NCBI GenBank assembly: GCA_015680685.1
Contig: MNCI01002748.1
Location: forward strand, 317,617 to 381,616
DNA from: Gnetum montanum
Taxonomy: Eukaryota > Plantae > Gnetophyta
Direction of reading: 5' to 3'
Length of the DNA stretch: 64,000 nucleotides
The position numbers and the translations under genes were made by a program. Positions 56,146-64,000 of this stretch are shown piece by piece. Numbering within the stretch: position 1 is the first letter of the stretch; each line of letters begins with the position of its first letter. The notes beneath the pieces are model-generated. The model worked only from the letters and a program-made list of their open reading frames with translations. It was not told where the DNA came from and did not search any database.

Positions 56146-56350
56146 ATGATATTATCTCAGAGGCAAAGGCTGGCTCCGTTCAAAAAGGTTACACATAAGA
56201 TCAGGTCATCTTACTTTCATGAAGTACTTTATTTGACTGGTTATCAAGTTTCAACAGTATCCTTCGCATTTGAATTGGACATTAGTAAAGCATTTGACAG
56301 GGTTGCTGTAGGCCACATGAATTCAGTTTTGGAAAAGAAAGGATTTCAAT
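56146..56350 (+). mobile_element. Short L1-type LINE RT fragment (intronic)
   Basis: FELDISKAFDRV...LEKKGF motif. Confidence 0.7.
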
Positions 56351-56640
56351 TTTTTTTTTAAATAAGAAAAAGCAAACCCAGAACTATTATGGCTGGGGCA
56401 CAAACTGCGAAAAAAAACTGCAAATCTTAGGGGATTAGATAAACCATGCCTCTGTAACTCAGACGGAAAAACAAAACCCAAGCAACCAATCCAAGAATAC
56501 AAAAATGACTGATATCAAAGCAAGGAAAACCATAAAAGCTTTAACCATAAAAAAGCCCATCGTAGCCAACAAGCGTAGGCCTGTGATGGATGTCCAAATC
56601 CAATAGTGACCAACTGCCAATTCCTCCAAACAAGTAACAC

Positions 56641-56740
56641 TGCTATGTTAAATCTAAGAAGAGGGTAAGAGTTACAGGAAAGCCAGCACAGTGCTATGTT
56701 AAATCTAAGAAGAGGGTAAGAGTTACAGAAAAGCCAGCAC
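56641..56740. repeat. 51-bp tandem duplication
   Basis: tgctatgttaaatctaagaagagggtaagagttacag..aagccagcaca occurs at 56641 and 56692. Confidence 0.9.
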
Positions 56741-56859
56741 AAATACAAAGCACTTGGAAACAATGTTTTGATCTTGCGACGTTTTCATTTTTCTGGTGCA
56801 AAGAGCTAATTAATAGCTAAAGAATTTAGCATAGTTGTAGCAAGGATTAAAAGTCTAGA

Positions 56860-58470
56860 GGACTAGAAGCACCACCAGAAGTCTTGAGCCGGCAGACAAG
56901 TGAACAACACATGATCAAGAGATTCTATCTTGGCATGACATTGATCACATTTATTATCATGGACTACACAACTTTTATATGTTTTGTTGATTTCTCCAAG
57001 GCTTATGATTCTGTTGTTGCTCAAGATAAACTTTGGAAGAGATTGGATAGCATTAACATCCCACAAAATCTCCTGTCTACTGCTAAAAGAATCTATAAGA
57101 CAGTTAACATTCTTATTAAAGATAATCTTACTAGAGAAGGAATAATTATCAACAGCTCAGTTGGAGTTAAACAAGGCTATTCTTTGTCCCCTACCCTTTT
57201 TGGCATATTTATAGATGAATTTGGCATATTTATAGATGAATTGGAGGAATAGATACAAAATGCCTCTAATCATGGTATGTCAGTAAATGGATTATTTTCA
57301 AATATGGTTCTCTTTGTAGATGATGTGGCCTTGATTGCAAAATCAGCTACAAGATTAAATTATATACTTCAAATTCTCCATAACTACTGCAACCATTCGG
57401 GTATGAAAGTTAATATTGATAAGACTAAAATTTTAGTTTATGGTACTAGAAATAGAAATTACAATTTTTTCCTTAGAGAAAAAAGGTTTGATATATGTGA
57501 ATCCTATAAATATTTGGGAGTTGAACTTGCCAATAATTATAGTTGGAATACCGTTATTGCTCAAAAGGTTTCAAGTAGCATGCAAGCTCTATTTGCTCTA
57601 AGAAATAATTGCAGGAAACAAATTTTGACATGGGATATCTGAAGGAAACCTTTTTTGCAGTCTTATCCAACCTATATTATTATATGGGTGTGTTGCTTAG
57701 GGACCTTCTCTTTTCACACATAATTGGAAAAAATTAGAACATGCTCAAAAATAGTTTCTTGTATGTGAATTGCAAGTGAAAATGCAAACTTCTTATGATA
57801 TATTACTTTTAGAAGTAGATTTTCTTCCTCTTGAAGTTGAAGCCATTTGTCAATTTATTGCTTATACTCAGAAGTTAAGTCATATGGAGGAAGTTAATTA
57901 TGCTAAGGAGGTAATAAATGCTACACAAGAAAATGGATGGTTGTATCAAGGAAAACTATGACTTCAATCATAGAATATTGCTATAGAGGATCTTCCTTTA
58001 AACAAAAGTCTCTTTCGGAAAACTATAAAAGAAAAAGTTTTGACTCTAAAGTTTGATTGAATACATAGGGAAAAACATTTTTATTTACTTTCTATTAAAG
58101 AAAGGTTGTTATCTAGTACTCAACAGTATCTATTCTCAACTATTCCTATTCATTTAAGGAATCAAATTGCTAGAGCAAGAATGAGCTTCCATCATCTCCT
58201 TATTGAGAGAGCTTGGTTCAATTTACCAAGAGAAGAGTATATATGCAAACTGTGCAAACAAAGCATAGACAACGAAAAACATACCTTTTTATTTTGTCAA
58301 TCTTTGGCTCACATGTGATTGAATTATACTATTAATTGCAATCTGCTGATTGCTTTCTTTCAATACCAACTGCTTGGGGCATTACATCAATGATGTTTTC
58401 AACTTTCTTCAAAACTATGCTGAGGCATTGTAACTGTCCAACAAATCTTTTGTAATTTCCTGAATGTAAT
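56860..58470 (+). mobile_element. 5'-truncated non-LTR retrotransposon, RTEX-like ORF2 remnant (intronic, antisense to host gene)
   Basis: CFVDFSKAYDSV, GVKQGYSLSPTLFGIFI, LFVDD, MKVNIDKTK, YKYLGV and C-terminal HHLLIE..PREEYICKLC..NEKHTFLFC zinc motif. Clade assignment is from recalled motif similarity. Confidence 0.85.
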
Positions 58471-58619
58471 AAAAATGTCCAGTTTCTATAATTCTACTTT
58501 TCTGGGTAATGCCCCATGCAAACATTTACTAACGATGAGACAATGGCATAACGTCACAAAATTTTTCCACCGATAATAAATATAAGGCTGGGTTTTATAT
58601 CAACAAGAGAGCGATATGT

Positions 58620-60200
58620 TGCGGCTAACTGGAAATATCATTCATTGTCCCACTAAATAAATCCCTAACGGATAGTAATGTTGTCTCCAACCCATTCATT
58701 TTTTTAAAAAAAAAACTTCTCCATATGGCAAAGGTTGTTATCATGTGTAAAACAGTCTGGAATAAATGACACCATAGAGGCATTTTACCCGCAGCTTGGT
58801 TCACTGTATACAATTACCAAACAATCTTTGTTAAAAAAAGGCATAATTCATGCGTCATAAGAAACACAGTCCCCATCCTCCTGCTTTAACTAGACAATAT
58901 ATTGCCTCCCAGCTCAGCAAATGCAAGGAATGATCCATATTGGTTGACCATAAGAATGCCTGCTCCCATTTTCCCATTTTTTGAATCAATGTCTATGGAA
59001 CCCAATAGCAATTAATAACATAGTAAGGCAAGGCATGCAAAACTACCTGAGTCAGCTAAAGTCTCCGTACTTCAGAAGGTAGTTTGGCTTTCTATCCTGA
59101 AAGACATGCTGTGAACTTGACCAAGATATCATCCCACTGCTACAATTTTAGACATCCCATGGAGATGAAGATTCCAAGATATTCGGTAAGGAAAGTGCCT
59201 TCTTGGTACTGCAGTCTGGTGCACAAATCAGGGAAAGCATTTTGTGGGGTCCCAAAATTATAAATCGTACTCTGAAAAATTAATGCTCTTCCCTGATGCC
59301 ATTGAAAACCCATTTAAGCATTCCACCATTACATTTAAATATTGCTCTTCTCCTCAAATAACTAAGAAAGCATGATCAGCAAATTGGAAGCGGGAAAATT
59401 CAGGGCATCTATAAACTGAAGAAATACATCTTATTAGTCCTTTATCTTTGTAATCTTGAAATAAAGCCTCCAGTCCTTCCATGGCCATGACAAAAAGAAA
59501 TGGCAATATTGGATCTCCTTGATGGAGACCATTTTTTGCTGGGAGATTTCCTACCCTTTCACCATTCAGTAAAAGATAAAAATGAGTGTTTTTATAACAT
59601 TGAGCTAATTTGCGGCACCAATGAGCCGGAAACGCAAACCTCTAAAGGATTCCATACATGTAATTCCAGTCAATACAATCATATGCTTTCTAGATGTCCA
59701 ACTTGAATGCAATACTTGGGATCTTTCTGTATTGAGGTTGAATGCAGAATTTCTTGAGTTAACAAAAACTGACCTTCGCAATTTGATTGGCCCATGGATT
59801 TTGGAATAATTTCATAAATTGTCACACACGGACCACTTGTTCTGTAGTTATGAATATCTAAAGCTTGTTCTTTCTTCGGTAATAGAGTAATCCATGTAGT
59901 ATTAACTTTAGCCAAAATGCAATCCGTGCCCCAAAATTCATAAAGCATATTGTAGATATCATGTCTTATAATGAACCGATATTTTTTAAAAAATATTATA
60001 GGGCATCCATCCACACAAGTATTACAAATTGGAGAGATAAATTGTGGTGCTGCTGTTCTGGATCTAGATTACCTCTGATAGTGAATGGGTACATCGAGGG
60101 GCGTTCAATGCAGGAAATGGAGTTCATGGTAAGCCCCAATATCTCCTCCTTATTCATAATGGAAAACCCTATTTATTCATTCTGACAACAGAAAATTTCG
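58620..60200 (-). mobile_element. Decayed L1-type LINE ORF2 fragment (intronic)
   Basis: Minus strand reads VNTTWITLLPKK..YR, HQGDPILPFLFVMAMEGL (~59470-59523), FQFADHAF (~59366-59389) and YLGI. Confidence 0.82.
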
Positions 60201-61089
60201 GGTTGCTACATCATAAAATTTGGGGAAGATGGCCAGTTTTAAGGACTCAGACCAAGACTTTAGGTGTGGTGGTTTTTTACACCATTTTTATATTGTTAAC
60301 GGCAAGCTAAAGTCGAGTATGTGCATAAATTAGAGTGAGCCTTGGTAAAGCATCTCAAGTGACTAGTGATTACTGATTTTCAAAATTTTGAAAGTACCGG
60401 ATGGACGTTCTAGAATTACATTTGGTTCATGTTGACAATCATGGGCTGACTAAAGGATGACCTTCTATTCAAGAATTCTGAACTGCCCATATGTATGGAA
60501 GAGTGACAAGCTCCACATACGGAAATCAAAGATTTTCTCACATGCTGGAAGACTAACTAATTAAAAGCTGCAGACAATCAATTCCAATTTTGTCAGTGCC
60601 TTGCTTTAAATTGCCTATGGCAGTTTCAATGTATCAGAACATACAAAGGAAATGGTGATGAAACATGCTGATAGATCTAGTCATTTACATGCAGTTGGAC
60701 AGGACAATCTATCGTTAGTATGAGGGTTCGAACCATGTTAACCAAAGAAGCTAAATGTAACCTTTTGGAAAATACAAATGAAACCACTTTTGTTAAAAAA
60801 AAATATTGAAACTAAAACTGAAATTTTATTTTATCCATAGACCCTCTGGATCTATTGAGAGTAGAAATGTAGGTGGTAGGAATTTTGAAACCATCATTAA
60901 AAAAATTACAAATATTTTTGGCAATATTTGAAATATAAGCAACTGTATGATACAAGAAAGCTTACTCGTAAAATGTGATATCTCCTTCAGCCAATTTAAA
61001 ACACAGAAGAAGTGAATCTGAATGTTCATAATATTAATGGCAGATCTTAAATAAACAAAGGTTGCTACATCACTGTTCAACAAAAGCCA

Positions 61090-61262
61090 TGGAAAGGAAG
61101 ACCAAAGAAGACATGGGAAAAAACAATCAAAGATGACTTGAAGAAACTACAAAATAACAAGGATCTAGCTCTTCATAGAGGTGAATGGCCAAAAAGAACT
61201 CATGTAGCTGACCCCATTTTGTTGATACAAGGCTAGGATGACGATAATGATGATGATGATAG
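61090..61262 (+). mobile_element. 3' end of an RTE-clade LINE with (GAT)n tail
   Basis: Translates GRPKKTWEKTIKDDLKKLQNNKDLALHRGEWPKRTHVADP, the typical plant RTE C-terminus. Followed by a short 3' UTR and gat repeats. Confidence 0.85.
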
Positions 61263-61334
61263 AAATGAGGCAGGACTATGGCATCAAGTAGATAGCCAGC
61301 CATAGTAAGTCATTGTCAATTTTTTTGCCCAACT

Positions 61335-61390
61335 TAATAGTTAACCCATCATAGATGGGACGAAGGCATGAAGATGTTGATGATGATAAT
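61335..61390 (+). mobile_element. Second very short RTE-related 3' tail
   Basis: tagttaacccatcatagatgggacgaaggc plus a (gat)-like tail, resembling the tail at 61205-61262. Confidence 0.5.
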
Positions 61391-62047
61391 AGGAGCCAGG
61401 TGCAAAGTTATCAGGTACAAACAAAGAAATTTGAAATCTCTAATAACCACCCATCTCCTGCTCATTTAGAAGACTTCTTAACCATCTCCCTATCTCTTGC
61501 TTGAACAGCACCAGAGAAGCTACTTGTAGAGGATATATTTTTCTGAGGAATCATAAAGTCGGGCCAAACTAGGGCTATAGCAAACACAGGTGGAATTCGT
61601 TGACGAAACAAAATTCCGGCGCTCAGTTTAAGAAAGAAAATTTTCGAAAAAACCCTCGTAAAGCTACCGCAATGTAAATCCCCAAATTGTATCTACGATA
61701 TAATTTTGCGAATCCATTGCAAATATTTCCTGAGTTTACGCTTCGCCTAAATCAAATAACTTGTAAAATTGAGAAAACAAGCAATCTCGATGATTCAACA
61801 CATAAAAAAAATGTAACATGGGCGAATCTCTATCCAAAAATACCCACATGTATTCACATAAAACGTAAAACAGATAAATTACCATGGAGTCAAACGATTA
61901 TAATCGTTTAACGATTCACATTAACACATAAAAACTTAAAACACATGGCCGAACAATCAATCCTTAGAAAGATCGTAATACAAATAATAAAAATCGGATT
62001 TGATAACATCTAAATCGATCGAGAAAAGTAATGGAAAAAGAGCTTAC

Positions 62048-62149
62048 ATTGTCGGCAAAGAGCAGAGTAGCCACCGTAACCGTGGAAACAACACCGGCGA
62101 GGATGACGGTAGGGCCTGTAGCGAGAGACCAAGGTCGACTGATCACCAT
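62048..62149 (-). CDS. First coding exon of the predicted microprotein (MVISRPWSLATGPTVILAGVVSTVTVATLLFADN)
   Basis: GC- and CpG-rich island in AT-rich DNA. ATG in gcaacgATGG context. ~20-aa hydrophobic stretch. Canonical donor AAT|GTAAGC. Confidence 0.8.
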
Positions 62150-62699
62150 CGTTGCTCTATGCAAAATCTACCACAATGCTCCTGCAAATTCAACGCGTTG
62201 AATATGCTCTTCTGCGAATTTCAAAAGGCCCTTGTAGAACCGTGTAGAATTTTAAAAAGGAATATGCAAATGATTTAATTGCACGCGTTTGTGCTTTTTT
62301 CTTTTTTTCTTCTCCTTCAATAACCTCCATTTTTCAAATTTTCAGCTTCACCTTCAACCAATGTTTAGCAGGTAATGGGTTTTTGGTAACAATCCTTCAG
62401 TTTTACTTAACAACTAAGCATTTTCCAGGTTGGAGTTCGAATCCCGTCGGCCATTTCAACGGCAATGTGCGAGAATAGTGAGAGAAAATCCAAACTTTGG
62501 ATAGATATTGAGTTACATGCTCTTGATGGGTTAAAAAGGATCATCATTGAGAGCCGGAATGCTCATGTAGGGTGGGTCACCTAGAGGGTTTATGGATGTG
62601 TGAAAGTCTCTAAAGTTAAAATGAATTATCAATCTTAAGGTAAAAATAGATCTTGTAATGTTACATGCCTATTATGCTTATTCCATCTTAGGTTTTGTT

Positions 62700-64000
62700 A
62701 TCATCTTGTCTAAGTATTGGTGGAAAGATGTTGCAAGTCCAAATCACACTTAAGCATAGTTATCAGAAGTGTAAATGGTTGGTATACATAATTTTCTCTC
62801 AATGGTTTGTCAATCTCAAAGAGTTTTAGAAAATACTAATATCTCATAGACTATAAAGAATTCTAAAGTTTTTGATTTTGTTTTACCTAAGGATTTATAT
62901 GAATCGTTCTCAAAAGATATCACTTCATGATACATATTTCTATAGATTATTGGATTTATTCCCCTAAATTAGAATTTTACATCAATGATTCAAACTATTC
63001 TTAAACACTGAAATTAATAAGTTCTAAAATGGTTGAGAAATCATTGGATCTTAAAGCTTTTTATGGATAGTGTGATACTTCTATTTCTTAAAAATGGAAA
63101 GTGGATTGTGATCCTTATTCTTCTACTTACTCTTTGCTAGATTGAATTAGAAAATATTCCTTGTATTTTTCAAAGTGTTGAAAGCAAAATTGTTGGCAAC
63201 ATTGGCACAATCTTGAAGATAGAGTAAAAAACATTACTAAATAGTGTGCAATGCACACGTTATTTTGTAGAGATTAATTTATAGCAAAATAAATAATTAA
63301 AACTTAATTCTAGTTATCAATGTTTTTCCCTTAAAAATTACATATTATAATTTGCGAGAATGTTGCAGCTATTATCATTGTAAAGGCCATGTTACTATCA
63401 TATTCAATAAAAAAGTTGTTCATGGAGAACAGAAACAATAAATTTCAGAAAAGACAAATAATGGTAGTTTTTAATCGACACAAATGAAATCATCTTCATT
63501 TTAACCTTTTGCCAATTTTTTTTTAATTTTAAAAGTACTAGTAAAGTCTTGATATCTAAAAAGAATTCCTCTTTAGAAAAAAAGAAATTTTTAGCATGAA
63601 TTAGGAATGAAAATACTGATGTAGATGGATTTCACCTAATGCAACACAAAAAGAAGAGGCCTACAAACACCACTTTTAATTTAATAACCCCAAAGATATC
63701 TCCTTATCTCTCTAATTCTACTACTATTCTAAACTTTTTTTAATGGGATAATGTTTTTCCACTTATTAGTGACATGAATTGAGAGATAAATGTTGAACTT
63801 GAAAAATAAAGGATAGGGGGCCTCCTTCACCACATATTAATGTTAGTTTTATCATGGAGTGTTCAAGGCCTTTCTTATATGACATGAGCAAAGATTATCG
63901 AGTATCTTTCAAATTGACATTTATCTCTAGATTTTTTCTCCTACAAGAAATTAAGATTTCATTGCATGACATTAGTTTTGTTAGCAAAAGAAATTTTAAA
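62700..64000 (+). mobile_element. Decayed L1 LINE: ORF1 remnant and start of ORF2 endonuclease, running off the window
   Basis: IELENIPC..IGTILKIE..RYFVEIN (ORF1-like), a C..KGH knuckle remnant at ~63365 and DGFHLMQHKKKR. Then MLVLSWSVQGLS (63840) and FLLQEIK, matching APE SWNVRGL/LQETK. 5' boundary approximate. Confidence 0.75.

Noticed and set aside
60450-60485. Intronic C/D snoRNA (ggatga...ctga)
   Set aside because: Imperfect C box, too short, no terminal stem, and antisense to the host transcript.
62000-62278. Plus-strand 92-aa ORF and similar short shadow ORFs across the window
   Set aside because: They are antisense or alternative-frame shadows of the real exon or of decayed TE genes, with no independent support.
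62400-62455. tRNA gene at GGAGTTCGAATCCC
   Set aside because: No A box, D arm or acceptor-stem pairing can be built. Only a T-loop/B-box motif is present.

Overview
This is AT-rich eukaryotic, almost certainly plant, nuclear DNA from a gapped assembly. Bases 1 to ~53,600 are a pile of nested LTR retrotransposons. Five are Ty3/Gypsy copies of one Athila-like family, recognised by a tRNA-Asp PBS, TGATGAG...CTCATCA LTR ends, gag-pol, a ~2 kb non-coding spacer and a ~2.8 kb sense extra ORF. These are a young CpG-rich copy (E0) inserted in copy A, copy C inserted in the integrase of copy B, and a truncated minus-strand copy D. There is also a decayed Ty1/Copia interrupted by another LTR. The old copies are riddled with C>T/G>A stop codons. 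From ~55 kb the window is genic: a likely two-exon minus-strand gene for a 49-aa single-pass microprotein, whose ~6.3 kb intron holds L1, RTEX-like and RTE fragments, followed by a decayed L1. The most interesting signals are three. First, the post-integrase spacer has conserved, apparently base-paired blocks that the young E0 seems to keep while lacking RT/RH/INT and the extra ORF. Second, an internal LTR-like promoter sits in front of the extra ORF. Third, the microprotein gene is missed by the ORF track. All calls were made by eye and domain boundaries are approximate.
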